Shown here piece after piece: positions 46,887-57,108 of a stretch of 64,000 bases of DNA. The DNA comes from Candidatus Versatilivorator sp. (GTDB lineage Bacteria > Acidobacteriota > Terriglobia > Versatilivoradales > Versatilivoraceae). Each line of letters opens with the position of its first letter. Position 1 is the first letter of the stretch. The notes below the pieces were generated by a model. The model was not told the origin of the DNA, did not search any database, and worked only from the letters and a program-made list of their open reading frames with translations. The translations under genes were made by a program, and so were the position numbers. Location of the stretch: assembly GCA_965207735.1 (NCBI GenBank), contig OZ242296.1, positions 576,001-640,000 of the forward strand, in the 5' to 3' direction.

Positions 46887-48464
46887 ATGGGCAGAAACAA
46901 GACCACGCTGTTGCGAAAGTTCCATCAGGCAAGGTGGGACGAGGAGATCATCTGCGAGATGAGCGTCCCGGGCGAGCGAGGAATCCTGGTTCCCAGGGTT
47001 GAAAGGGAAATAGAGGCCGAGGTTGGGGACGGTATTTCCAGGATTCCGCAAGGTCTCAGGAGGGAGAAGCCGGCCGCGCTCCCCGAAGTGAACCAGGTTC
47101 GGGTGCTCCGCCACTATCTGAGGCTGTCGCAGGAGACCATGGGCGCCGACATGACCGTCGATGCCAGCGAGGGGACCTGCACCATGAAGTACAGTCCCAA
47201 GGTTCACGAACAACTGGTGGGGAACCCGGGACTCCGGGATATTCATCCTCTTCAGGACGAAGACACCATGCAGGGCATCCTGGAGGTTTACTTCCGACTG
47301 GAGGAGTTCCTCAAGGAGATCTCGGGGCTGGACCATTTCAGTTTTCAACCCGGAGGCGGGGCCCAGGGAGTCTACGCCAATGCCTGCATGGTTCGGGCCT
47401 GGCACGAGGCCAGGAAGGACGAGAACAGATCGGAAATCATCACCACGCTGTTCTCCCATCCCTGCGATGCCGCCAGTCCGGCCACCGCCGGATACAAGGT
47501 GGTCACGCTCATGCCCGACGAGAGCGGTTATCCCGACCTGGAAGCCATGAAGGCGGCTCTGTCCGAGCGCACGGCCGGAATCTTCATCACCAACCCCGAG
47601 GACACCGGGATCTACAACCCCAGGATCGATGAATTTGTCAAGGCCGCCCACGAGGTGGGAGCGCTCTGCGCCTACGACCAGGCCAACGCCAACGGGATCC
47701 TGGGAATCACCCGAGCCAAGGAAGCCGGATTCGACCTGTGCCACTTCAATATCCACAAGACCTTCTCCTCTCCCCATGCCTGCATGGGGCATTCCACCGG
47801 GGCCGTCGGAGTGGCCGGGGAGCTGGGACGGTTTCTGCCGGTTCCCCGGGTGACGTATAACGGAACCAAGTACCGCCTGGAGTACGATCGGCCCGAGAGT
47901 ATCGGCAGGGTACGGTGCTTTTTCGGAAACGCGTCCACGATTCTGCGGGCCTACGCCTGGATCCTGCAGCACGGGGCCGACGGGCTGCGGGAAGTCGCCG
48001 AGTGCTCGGTGCTCAACAACAACTACCTGCTCAAGAAGCTGAGCGAGATCCCGGGGGTGGTGATTCAGTATGCCGAAGGGAAACGCCGGCTGGAACAGGT
48101 TCGCTACTCCTGGGACAAGCTGAAGCAGGACACGGGAGTCGGCACCGAAGACGTGATGCGGCGAATGGCCGACTTCGGACTTCAGCACTACTGGATGAGT
48201 CATCCTCCCTGGATTGTGCCGGAACCGTTTACCCTGGAACCCTGCGAGTCCTATTCCAAGGACGACCTGGACGAGTACGTCGCCGTCCTTCGGCAAATTT
48301 CCAGGGAGGCCTACCAGGATCCCCAATTGGTCAAGAACGCTCCCCACAACTCCGTGGTCCACAGGGTTCCCTCGCCGGGCATCGACGAACCCGAGAGAAT
48401 CGCCGTCACCTGGCGCCAGTATCAGCGAAAAAAGCGCGTCGATTCCGTCAAGCCGCAGTCGTAA
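46887..48464 (+). CDS. gcvPB: Glycine dehydrogenase subunit 2-like (divergent)
   Basis: RHYLRLSQ, GTCTMKYSPK, QPGGGAQG, YDQANAN, HFNIHKTFSSPH (PLP Lys), EPCES. Confidence 0.85.
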   Translation: MGRNKTTLLRKFHQARWDEEIICEMSVPGERGILVPRVEREIEAEVGDGISRIPQGLRREKPAALPEVNQVRVLRHYLRLSQETMGADMTVDASEGTCTMKYSPKVHEQLVGNPGLRDIHPLQDEDTMQGILEVYFRLEEFLKEISGLDHFSFQPGGGAQGVYANACMVRAWHEARKDENRSEIITTLFSHPCDAASPATAGYKVVTLMPDESGYPDLEAMKAALSERTAGIFITNPEDTGIYNPRIDEFVKAAHEVGALCAYDQANANGILGITRAKEAGFDLCHFNIHKTFSSPHACMGHSTGAVGVAGELGRFLPVPRVTYNGTKYRLEYDRPESIGRVRCFFGNASTILRAYAWILQHGADGLREVAECSVLNNNYLLKKLSEIPGVVIQYAEGKRRLEQVRYSWDKLKQDTGVGTEDVMRRMADFGLQHYWMSHPPWIVPEPFTLEPCESYSKDDLDEYVAVLRQISREAYQDPQLVKNAPHNSVVHRVPSPGIDEPERIAVTWRQYQRKKRVDSVKPQS

Positions 48465-48470
48465 TTGCCG

Positions 48471-49589
48471 ATGAAGACCCTGGGGCTCATAGTCAATCCC
48501 GTCGCCGGGATGGGAGGCAGGGTCGGTCTCAAGGGCAGTGACGGCCCTGCAGTTCTGCGTCTGGCCCGAGAGCGGGGTGCGACTCCTGAAGCTCCTCAGC
48601 GGGTCAGCCAGGCGCTGGCCGCCTTTGCCCAAACCGGGGATCCGGTGGAATGGATCACCTGTCCCGGAGAGATGGGCGAGGACGTCTGCCGTGGGGTCGG
48701 TCTGGCTCCTCTGGTACTGAGTTCCATACGGGGAAGGGAAACCACCGGGGAGGATACCGAGCGGGCCGCCGGACTGTTGTTGGAGAGAGGGGTGGACCTG
48801 CTGCTGTTCGCGGGCGGGGACGGAACCGCCCGGAATGTTTGCACGGCCGTGGGCAACCGACTGGTGACGCTGGGAATCCCGGCCGGCGTCAAGATCCATT
48901 CGGCGGTCTACGCCGTGACCCCCCGGGACGCCGGCGAGTTGGCCCGCAGGTTTCTCGAGGGTGGGTTGAGGAGCGTTCGCGAGGGCGAGGTCATGGATAT
49001 CGACGAGGAGTCCTTTCGTCAAGGGGTGGTCGACGCCAGGCTCTACGGCTATCTGCGGGTGCCGGTGGAAGACCGGTATGTCCAACGGATGAAGGCGGGA
49101 GGAGTGGCGAGCGAGGCTCAGGCTCTGGCCGGGATGGCCGAGGAGGTTGTGGATTCCATGCAGGAGTCGGAGGTTCTTGCGATCGGACCCGGGACAACCA
49201 CCCGCGCCATCATGGAGCGGCTGGGGCTCTCAAGCACGCTGCTGGGCGTGGATGTCGTTTGCAACCGCCGCCTGGTTGCCCGGGATGTCTCGGAGCGGCA
49301 ACTGATGGATCTGACCGCCGGGCGTCGGGTAAGGATCGTGATCACCGTGATTGGAGGGCAGGGGTACATCCTGGGCCGGGGAAATCAGCAAATCGGCCCC
49401 ACGCTGCTCCGGCAGGTCGGGAAGGAAGGCCTGCTTGTGGTAGCCACCAAGGAGAAGCTGGCTTCCCTGGGGGGGCGGCCTCTTCTGGTCGACACCGGCG
49501 ACGAGGCTCTGAATCGCGAGCTGAGCGGTTACCTCCGTGTCATCACCGGTTATGAGGACTATGCCATCTACAGGGTAGGACACCGATAG
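48471..49589 (+). CDS. ATP-NAD kinase family (AcoX-like) protein
   Basis: NPVAGMGGRVGLKGSDG, FAGGDGTAR, GIPAGVKIHS, GQGYILGRGNQQ, LLVDTGD. Confidence 0.85.
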   Translation: MKTLGLIVNPVAGMGGRVGLKGSDGPAVLRLARERGATPEAPQRVSQALAAFAQTGDPVEWITCPGEMGEDVCRGVGLAPLVLSSIRGRETTGEDTERAAGLLLERGVDLLLFAGGDGTARNVCTAVGNRLVTLGIPAGVKIHSAVYAVTPRDAGELARRFLEGGLRSVREGEVMDIDEESFRQGVVDARLYGYLRVPVEDRYVQRMKAGGVASEAQALAGMAEEVVDSMQESEVLAIGPGTTTRAIMERLGLSSTLLGVDVVCNRRLVARDVSERQLMDLTAGRRVRIVITVIGGQGYILGRGNQQIGPTLLRQVGKEGLLVVATKEKLASLGGRPLLVDTGDEALNRELSGYLRVITGYEDYAIYRVGHR

Positions 49590-49837
49590 CCGCTCGATCG
49601 TGCACCGGCCCGGAGAGAAACGCGGGGCGGCCGGGTTGTTAGTGGGTCAGGCTGACCGGTTTCGATGACACTTCGATGACACTTGACGTGTCCGATTTGG
49701 AGGCAAGTGCTAGAATGGCAGCAGGCTTCGGGAGTACACCCGATCCTACAGGGATCTCCGACCGACCTGCAGGCTCTGTCGGCACTCGGCGGCTTCCGCC
49801 GACATCCTCCTACCAAACTCGTTCCAAGAGTATTGCC

Positions 49838-51160
49838 ATGAAGAAGATAGGCTTGGTGAGCCTGGGCTGCGAAAAGAACCTGGTCGACAGCGAGGTCATG
49901 CTGGGACTGCTGCGCCGAAGAGGCTACGAAATCACGCCGCAACCCGAACGGGCCGATGTGATTGTGGTCAACACTTGCGGCTTCATCGACAAGGCCAAGC
50001 AGGAGAGCGTGGACACCATCCTGGAGATGGCGGAATTCAAGAACAGCGGCCAGTGCTGCCGGCTGGTGGTTACCGGTTGCCTGGTGGAGCGCTACAGGAA
50101 TGAGATTCAAACGGAGATTCCGGAGGTGGACGCTGTCCTGGGAACGACCCAGTTGGAGTCCATTATCGACCTCTGCGAGGGTCGAACCCCGCCCAGGATC
50201 GAAAACCCCTACTACCTCTACGACGAAAGGACTCCCCGCCTGCTGACGACCCCCGGTTACACGGCCTATATCAAAATCGCCGAGGGTTGCGACCGCCCCT
50301 GTTCCTTTTGCGTTATCCCCAGGATTCGTGGACGCCATCGCAGCCGTCCCATGGATTCCATCCTGAAGGAGGCTCGATTTCTGGCCCAGGGCGGAGTCAG
50401 GGAAATCGTCCTGATCTCTCAGGAGACCACCCACTACGGTTCCGACCTTGGATTGAAGCAGGGGCTCTCCAGGCTGCTGAGGGAACTGGCCAAGGTGGAA
50501 GGGATCGCCTGGATTCGCTTTCTTTACGCGTTTCCTTCGCAACTGGGAGAGGATGTGCTGGAAGCCATGCGGGACGAGGAAAAGGTCTGCCGCTACCTGG
50601 ACATGCCGCTCCAGCACGCCAGCCGGAGGATCCTGAGATCGATGAAGCGGGGAGGGAGCAGCTCCAGCCTGTGCCGGCTGCTGGATCGGGTTCGGGAAAT
50701 GGTTCCGGGCATCACCTTGCGGACCTCCATGATCGTGGGGTATCCCGGTGAGACCGAAGAGGAATTTGCGGAGTTGTGCCGCTTCGTGGAAACGATCCAG
50801 TTCGATCGGCTGGGCGCCTTTACCTATTCGGACGAGGAGGAAGCCGGCAGCTATGGTCTGGAGGGCAAGCTGCCGCCAACTCTGATCGAACGACGACGAC
50901 GCCGGTTGATGGGAATCCAGGCGAGGGTTTCCCGGCGAAAGAACCGGAGTATGGTGGGGAAGCGCGAACCCGTGCTGGTTGAGGGAAAGTCATCCGAAAG
51001 CGATCTCCTTTGGCAAGGACGGCTGGAGTCTCAAGCCCCCAGAATCGATGGCGTGGTCCTGATCAACGACCTGGAGGGTGCGCCTCCCGACTCGGGCGAA
51101 TTTGGCAACGTTGAAATTACCCGGGCCATGAACTATGATCTGGTGGGCCGGCTGGTATAG
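49838..51160 (+). CDS. rimO: Ribosomal protein S12 methylthiotransferase
   Basis: SLGCEKNLVDSE, NTCGFI, KIAEGCDRPCSFC radical SAM motif, TRAM (APRIDG). Confidence 0.95.
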   Translation: MKKIGLVSLGCEKNLVDSEVMLGLLRRRGYEITPQPERADVIVVNTCGFIDKAKQESVDTILEMAEFKNSGQCCRLVVTGCLVERYRNEIQTEIPEVDAVLGTTQLESIIDLCEGRTPPRIENPYYLYDERTPRLLTTPGYTAYIKIAEGCDRPCSFCVIPRIRGRHRSRPMDSILKEARFLAQGGVREIVLISQETTHYGSDLGLKQGLSRLLRELAKVEGIAWIRFLYAFPSQLGEDVLEAMRDEEKVCRYLDMPLQHASRRILRSMKRGGSSSSLCRLLDRVREMVPGITLRTSMIVGYPGETEEEFAELCRFVETIQFDRLGAFTYSDEEEAGSYGLEGKLPPTLIERRRRRLMGIQARVSRRKNRSMVGKREPVLVEGKSSESDLLWQGRLESQAPRIDGVVLINDLEGAPPDSGEFGNVEITRAMNYDLVGRLV

Positions 51161-51228
51161 ATCGCGGTGTATTGCCGGTGTCGGGTAGGGGCGGGCGCTC
51201 CCTGTCGCCTCGGGGGATCTGCGCGGTG

Positions 51229-51405
51229 ATGAAGTGTCCCATTTGCAGGAGGCCGGTTCGGTGGGAAGAAAACCCCTGCCGCCCCTTTTGCAGTCCGCGC
51301 TGCCAAATGCGTGATCTGGGAAACTGGGCGACGGATCGTTACACGGTTTCAGCGGAGAATACACCCGAAGTCGAGGAAGCTGAAGAAGCGCCGGTCGAAG
51401 AATAG
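51229..51405 (+). CDS. yacG: DNA gyrase inhibitor YacG
   Basis: CPIC...RPFCSPRC..RDLGNWA. Confidence 0.88.
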   Translation: MKCPICRRPVRWEENPCRPFCSPRCQMRDLGNWATDRYTVSAENTPEVEEAEEAPVEE

Positions 51406-51924
51406 ATGGGGGCTCCAACGGTCACCAGACCTTCAGGCATCAAGGACCGATTGGCCCTGGTCATTGCTACGGGATTCGGTGTCGGTTATATCCCGATAGC
51501 ACCCGGCACGGTCGGTTCCTTTGTGGGCATACTACTGATTTTGCTCCTCTCCCGTTGGCAGCTCATCGGGGGACAGCGGGTCTTCGTCAATTGGTTGGTG
51601 GTAGCCGTCATTAGCGCCGTGGGCATCTGGGCGGGTTCCCGGGCGGAAGCGGTCCTGGGCAAACGGGATCCACCTCAAGTCGTCATCGACGAGATCGTGG
51701 GTCAGTTGTTGACCTTTGGCCTGATCTTCAGGAACCCCCCATTTACCCTGCTTTTTCTCGGTTTTTTGTTCTTTCGCTTCTTCGACATTGTCAAGCCCTT
51801 CCCGATAAGGTCCCTGGAGAAAGTTCCCCTGGGATTCGGAATCGTCCTCGACGACTTGGCGGCCGGATTTTACGCCTCCTTGTTGTTGGCGCTGATTGTT
51901 CACAATTGGCCGTCGCTGGCTTGA
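51406..51924 (+). CDS. pgpA: Phosphatidylglycerophosphatase A
   Basis: APGTVGS, DPPQVVIDEIVG, FRFFDIVKP, DDLAAG. Confidence 0.95.
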   Translation: MGAPTVTRPSGIKDRLALVIATGFGVGYIPIAPGTVGSFVGILLILLLSRWQLIGGQRVFVNWLVVAVISAVGIWAGSRAEAVLGKRDPPQVVIDEIVGQLLTFGLIFRNPPFTLLFLGFLFFRFFDIVKPFPIRSLEKVPLGFGIVLDDLAAGFYASLLLALIVHNWPSLA

Positions 51925-51968
51925 TCTCCGGGTGCTCTCCGACATTCTCCATCTTTTCGATCTGACCC

Positions 51969-52976
51969 ATGATTAGAATTCTGAATCTGTTACCTGCAGC
52001 GGCCATTCCGGGAGGGGAGCTGTTCATTCGCTGCGGTGGCCTGGAATTGAAGTCCTACTTTCGCCCCGAAGTGAGGATGCAGCAGTCCGCCAGCCATCTG
52101 GTTTCGGCAGCCTCCGATCTGATTGTGGCGCAGGTCCCGTCGGAAGCCCGAACCGGGGATCTGTGGATTGCCATCGACGGACAGGAGAGCAACCACGTCA
52201 CCTGTGAAGTGGCCGACCTGGTGACTGATAATTTGCACCCGGTGGCCAATCCGGTCCTGGATGCGGGCGGCAACCTCTATTCGACCGTGAGCGGGCGAAA
52301 GGGCGAAAAGGTTCCCAACTCCATCTTCAAGGTAAGCCGGAACGGGGTTGTCGAACCCTTGGGCGCGGAGATCGTCAACCCGACGGGATTGGCTCTCAAC
52401 AGCAGGGACGAGCTGTTTGTCTCCAGTCGTCAGGACGGGAACATCTTCAGAGTTTCCGCGCGAGGCGAGGCAACGATCCATGCCAAGGGTATGGGGGTGG
52501 CCACCGATATTGTCTTTGACCGCGAGGACAACCTGTACGTCGGAGATCGTAGCGGCACCATTTTCAAGATTGACAGAAACCGTGAGATCTTTGTTTTCGC
52601 AACCCTGGAACCCAGTGTCTCGGCCTATCACCTCGCTTTCGATCAGGCGGGCAGCCTTTTTGTTACAGGACCGACCGCTTCTACCTGCGACCATGTTTAC
52701 AAGGTTGCCGCCAGCGGCGAGGTTGAAGTCTTCTTTACCGGTTTGGGTCGTCCTCAGGGACTGGCTTTTGATGTAGAAGGCAACCTCTATGTGGCGGCCT
52801 CCCTGGCAGGCCGGGGGGGAGTGGTGAAGATCGATCCCGATGGCAAGGCCTCACTGGCCGTCAGCGGTTCCAACCTCGTCGGCTTGACCTTCGGGTATGG
52901 GCAGGACACGTTTCTTGCCACCACCAGCTCCGTCTATCGGATCCACCTCGGAGTCGAAGGTAAGCCCCTGCCGTGA
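51969..52976 (+). CDS. IPT/TIG plus NHL/SMP-30-like beta-propeller protein
   Basis: Repeated P.GLA.D..G.LYV motifs. Confidence 0.75.
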   Translation: MIRILNLLPAAAIPGGELFIRCGGLELKSYFRPEVRMQQSASHLVSAASDLIVAQVPSEARTGDLWIAIDGQESNHVTCEVADLVTDNLHPVANPVLDAGGNLYSTVSGRKGEKVPNSIFKVSRNGVVEPLGAEIVNPTGLALNSRDELFVSSRQDGNIFRVSARGEATIHAKGMGVATDIVFDREDNLYVGDRSGTIFKIDRNREIFVFATLEPSVSAYHLAFDQAGSLFVTGPTASTCDHVYKVAASGEVEVFFTGLGRPQGLAFDVEGNLYVAASLAGRGGVVKIDPDGKASLAVSGSNLVGLTFGYGQDTFLATTSSVYRIHLGVEGKPLP

Positions 52977-53047
52977 CACCGGCGAGGCCCGGGAAGATTC
53001 GATAGCCCCGTGTTCCTTTCCAGCCTGCCGGATTCGTCCCCCAACCT

Positions 53048-54283
53048 ATGGAAACCGCCGAAATTATCGCTATCGGGTCGGAGTTGCTGACTCCACACCG
53101 GGTGGACTCCAACTCCCTCTATCTGACTGGAAAGCTCAACTCAATCGGCATTGAAGTGGATCTCAAGGTGGTCGCCGGGGACCAGGAAGCCCGCCTGGAG
53201 CAGGTGGCGAGGTCAGCGGTGGAGCGGTCCCGGCTGGTGATCGCCACCGGAGGTTTGGGACCGACCGAAGACGATATCACCAGGAAGGTATTCGCTCGCG
53301 TGCTCCGAAGGCAGATGGTGCTGCAGGATGATATTCTTCAGGCTATCCGGGAACGCTTTCGGAGGCGGGGACTGGAAATGGCCGCCAACAACGCCCGCCA
53401 GGCCCTGGTTCCCGTGGGGGCGCGAGTTCTCGAGAACCGTCTGGGGACGGCTCCGGGACTTTGGCTGGAAGAAGGCGAGGTGGTCATTGTTCTGCTTCCG
53501 GGAGTGCCTTCGGAAATGAAGGAGATTTTCGAGGAGTCCTGCCTGCCGTTGCTCAGACAGCGGTCCAAGGGATCTTCTCTTGTCACCCGTGTTCTGAGAT
53601 CTACCGGGATGACGGAGTCTCAGCTTGACGAACAGATTGCACCGATCTATACCCCCTACAAGAACCCCGCGACCACTATTTTGTCCGGAAGGGGAGAGAT
53701 TCAGATTCACCTGACAGGCCGAGCAAAGTCGCGGCAGGAAGCCGAGGCCCTGGTTGAGAAAGTCGCCGACCGGATCCAACTCAAACTGGGAGACTACATC
53801 TTTTCCACCGGCGACCAGAGCCTGGAACAGATCGTCGGAGAATGCCTTCTCAGGAAGAAAGAAACACTGGCCGTGGCTGAAAGCTGCACCGGTGGGTTGA
53901 TTGCCGAAAGGATTACAAGAGTTCCCGGCAGCTCCCGATATTTTCTGGGCGGGGTTACCTGCTACAGCAACCAGTCCAAAGTGGAATTTGCCGGCATGCC
54001 GCCCCTGCTTTTGGAAATGGACGGCGCCGTCAGCGCGGAGGTGGCCAAGGGCCTGGCCGAGGGGATTCGTGGCCGGATGGGAGCCAGTATCGGCGTTGGC
54101 GTGACGGGCGTAGCCGGACCATCCGGCGGCAGCCCCCAAAAACCGGTTGGGTTGGTCCATTTGGCATTGGCCATGGGAAACCAGGTCGAACATCGGGAGT
54201 GTCGTTTCAGCGGTGATCGGGAAAGGATCCGTTTCTGGGCTTCCCAGACGGCCTTGGACATGGTGCGGCGCCGTTTGCTCTGA
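53048..54283 (+). CDS. cinA: Competence/damage-inducible protein A (NMN deamidase fusion)
   Basis: IGSELL, TGGLGPTEDDIT, LPGVPSEM, AESCTGG, TGVAGP. Confidence 0.95.
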   Translation: METAEIIAIGSELLTPHRVDSNSLYLTGKLNSIGIEVDLKVVAGDQEARLEQVARSAVERSRLVIATGGLGPTEDDITRKVFARVLRRQMVLQDDILQAIRERFRRRGLEMAANNARQALVPVGARVLENRLGTAPGLWLEEGEVVIVLLPGVPSEMKEIFEESCLPLLRQRSKGSSLVTRVLRSTGMTESQLDEQIAPIYTPYKNPATTILSGRGEIQIHLTGRAKSRQEAEALVEKVADRIQLKLGDYIFSTGDQSLEQIVGECLLRKKETLAVAESCTGGLIAERITRVPGSSRYFLGGVTCYSNQSKVEFAGMPPLLLEMDGAVSAEVAKGLAEGIRGRMGASIGVGVTGVAGPSGGSPQKPVGLVHLALAMGNQVEHRECRFSGDRERIRFWASQTALDMVRRRLL

Positions 54284-54397
54284 CTGGGACGAGCTCAGGG
54301 TGGCTGTTTCCTGGTGTTCTGGGACCGGACGCTGACAACCGGGAAGTGTTGCCGGAGCGCGGTCTGCGCTGTTGAACGGCAAGTAGAGGCCGGATCC

Positions 54398-55396
54398 ATG
54401 AAACGGGTGGCGATCATTGGTGGCGGCGGATGGGGGACGGCTCTGTCCATCGCCCTGTCCGCAATGGGACACCCGATTCGACTCTGGGTCTATGAGCCGG
54501 AGTTGGTGCCCGCCATCAACCAGGATCGATGTAATCCTCTATACCTCAGCGGCTTTTCAATTCCCGAGTCCGTCGTTGCCACCGATTCTCTGGCCTTTGC
54601 TCTGAAAGGGGCCGAAATCGTGGTGACGGCCCTCCCGGCCAACCGTTGCCGCCGCATCTACCTGGAGATGCTTCCCTACCTGCGTCCCGAGTCTCTTCTG
54701 GTGAGCGCCACCAAAGGAATTGAAAGCACCAGCCTGCAGCGCATGTCGGAAGTGATGGAGGCCGTGGTCTCACCCTGCTTCCGGCCTCGAATGGCCGTAA
54801 TCTCCGGTCCCACCTTTGCCAAGGAGGTGGCTGGTGGCGTTCCGACGGCCATTGTGGTGGCGGGACCCGATCCCACCGTCAACCGGGCGGTGCAAACCGA
54901 GTTCTCCGGACGCTCGCTTCGCTTCTACACCAATACCGATATCATCGGCGTCGAACTGGGGGGCGCGGTCAAGAACGTGATCGCCATCGCGGCAGGAGCC
55001 TGCGCCGGTCTCGGATTGGGTTGGAACTCCGTGGCGGCGGTGGTGACGCGCGGTCTGGCGGAAATGACACGCCTGGTTGTGGCCTGCGGCGGCCGAACCG
55101 AAACCATGGCCGGCCTGGCCGGGATGGGGGATCTGGTACTGACCTGCCACGGGGAGCTCAGTCGCAATCGCCGGGTTGGCTTCCAGTTGGGGAAGGGATG
55201 TGGGTTGGCGGACATCACGGCGGGAATGCGCGCAGTGGCGGAAGGAGTTCCGGCCACTGCGGCCACCTTGAAACTAGCTGAACGCTATGGGGTGGAAATG
55301 CCCATCGCCGAGCAGGTGAACCTGATGCTTCATCACCGGAAGAAACCTCGGGACGCCGCGAGAGACCTGATGGAAAGGCGTCTGAGGGAGGAGTGA
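54398..55396 (+). CDS. gpsA: NAD(P)H-dependent glycerol-3-phosphate dehydrogenase
   Basis: GGGGWGTAL, SATKG, SGPTFAKE, GGAVKNVIA, GDLVLTC..LSRN. Confidence 0.96.
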   Translation: MKRVAIIGGGGWGTALSIALSAMGHPIRLWVYEPELVPAINQDRCNPLYLSGFSIPESVVATDSLAFALKGAEIVVTALPANRCRRIYLEMLPYLRPESLLVSATKGIESTSLQRMSEVMEAVVSPCFRPRMAVISGPTFAKEVAGGVPTAIVVAGPDPTVNRAVQTEFSGRSLRFYTNTDIIGVELGGAVKNVIAIAAGACAGLGLGWNSVAAVVTRGLAEMTRLVVACGGRTETMAGLAGMGDLVLTCHGELSRNRRVGFQLGKGCGLADITAGMRAVAEGVPATAATLKLAERYGVEMPIAEQVNLMLHHRKKPRDAARDLMERRLREE

Positions 55397-55434
55397 GCGC
55401 CGCCTTGCGGAATCGGGAGTTCAGGACTTCAGAG

Positions 55435-56013
55435 TCAACGTTGGGACGCAGGTGCATCGATGAGATGCAGGAAATCGCGGATGATCCGGGCCGTCAGCCC
55501 CCAGACGTCGCGGCCTCGAAAGTCATAGTGGTAAACGAGGATGTCGCAGCCCAGGCGGTGCAGGGTTTCGGTCCTGACCAGGCGGGGATCACGAAAGAGG
55601 CTCCAGGGGACCTCCAGAATTTCCTCGACCTCGCCGGGGTTGGGACACAGCTCCAGCGGTGGGGAGACCCAGCCGACAAACGGAGTGACAATCAGGTCGG
55701 TGGAGGACAGGTAGTCGTCGAACTGCCCCAGGATCCGTATCCGCGATTCCGGCAGTCCGATCTCCTCTCGTGTTTCTCTCAGAGCGGTCTGAACCAGGGG
55801 TTCCGCCTCCGAATCCCGCATTCCTCCCGGAAAGGAAATCTGTCCCTTGTGGGTTTCCACCGTTTCGGTCCGCTGGGTAAGCAGGAAATACAAGCCTTCC
55901 TCCTGTTCCCAGACCGGCATCAGCACGGCTGCTCGCCCCGAATGGCCGCCCGCTAGCCTGTGTGGGCTCCGGGAAGTGAGTTGAGAGGCGATTTGAAGAG
56001 CTGTTTGCGTCAT
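55435..56013 (-). CDS. CoA pyrophosphatase (Nudix)
   Basis: AAVL, HKGQISFPGG, ALRETREEIG, VWGLTA. Confidence 0.9.
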   Translation of the reverse strand: MTQTALQIASQLTSRSPHRLAGGHSGRAAVLMPVWEQEEGLYFLLTQRTETVETHKGQISFPGGMRDSEAEPLVQTALRETREEIGLPESRIRILGQFDDYLSSTDLIVTPFVGWVSPPLELCPNPGEVEEILEVPWSLFRDPRLVRTETLHRLGCDILVYHYDFRGRDVWGLTARIIRDFLHLIDAPASQR

Positions 56014-56237
56014 TAGGCGAGAGGCGTTGTCGGGGAAAAGCCGGGAAGTGGAAGCATCTTAATGACTGGCCGCAAACCGGTCAACACGAGGGTGCCGGGG
56101 GCCGGAAGGTTGAGAATGCCCGGGCTGCGGCGGAAATTGGCTCGGCTTCGAGGATTCCGGTTGCAACTCCGGACGGGGACAGGACGCATGCCGGGGCCGG
56201 GCAGCGGCTAAGAACTACATTTATCCAGGAGCTGTCA

Positions 56238-56669
56238 ATGGGTTCTTCCGTGGGAAGGTTGGTGAGCATCCAAAGATGTCCCGGGTCGCGCCGGCCCATG
56301 CAACCGGTCAGTCCGGCCAGGCTCATTCAGGATTTCGGTCTGGAGAAGGACCGCCATGCTCGGGCGGGGAGCGAGCGCCAGATACTCCTCATCGAAGAGG
56401 AGATCCTGCAATCCATGAACCTGCGCATCGGCGAGGTCAAGGAGAACCTGACCACCCGCGGAATCGTCTTGAGCAACCTCGATCAGGGGCAAATCCTGCA
56501 GATCGGCTCAACGGTGCGGCTGCGGATTACCGAGCCCTGTCGGCCTTGCAGCCGCATGGACGAAATCCGGGCTGGCCTGCAGCAGGATCTGGAGGGCCGC
56601 AGGGGCGTGCTCGCGAGGGTCGAATCCGGAGGTTCCATCGCGGTGGGCGACCCCATCCGGATCCTGTAA
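56238..56669 (+). CDS. MOSC domain protein
   Basis: RQILL, ENLTT, PCRPCSRM, GRRGVLARV..GG.I.VGD. Confidence 0.88.
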   Translation: MGSSVGRLVSIQRCPGSRRPMQPVSPARLIQDFGLEKDRHARAGSERQILLIEEEILQSMNLRIGEVKENLTTRGIVLSNLDQGQILQIGSTVRLRITEPCRPCSRMDEIRAGLQQDLEGRRGVLARVESGGSIAVGDPIRIL

Positions 56670-56826
56670 GGGACGCAGGACCACCGCGGCCCGGACCCGA
56701 CCGTATTCCTGAGGGTGTTTCCCTCCGACTCCACCCGGCCATCCACCGGCAGAGCCGGACTTGAATTCGAGGTCCCCGACTGGACGCTGCCCCCTGATTT
56801 CATTACAATCGGGCGCAATTGAATGG

Positions 56827-56916
56827 GGAGAGATGGCCGAGTGGCTGAAGGCGCACGCTTGGAAAGCGTGTTTAGGGGAAACTCTAACGCGGGTTCGAAT
56901 CCCGCTCTCTCCGCCA
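56827..56916 (+). tRNA. tRNA-Ser(GGA)
   Basis: GGAGAGA/TCTCTCC acceptor stem, anticodon loop TTGGAAA, long variable arm, GGTTCGAATCC, CCA. Confidence 0.97.
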
Positions 56917-57108
56917 CTTGTTATTTATAAGTAACTTATTATCAATAATATACATTGTATTGAATCTCTTACAATCCCCCAATTAGTCCCCCAGATGTTT
57001 ATCGCTACATCTCCAAAATCCCTTTCCAGCGAAGGTAGTCACCCCTTGCTGATCCAAGTTTCGCGGCCCACCTCAGTAATTGCTTTACTTGTTTGTCGGC
57101 GCAAACAC

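Noticed and set aside
49660-49682. TTCGATGACAC tandem duplication upstream of rimO
   Set aside because: Two copies only; could be an operator but there is no further support.
56085-56200. Possible TPP or Moco riboswitch upstream of the MOSC gene
   Set aside because: GGGTGCC...TGAGA is present, but the ACCTGA/TAATxCC/GCGTAGG core and the Moco motif elements are missing.
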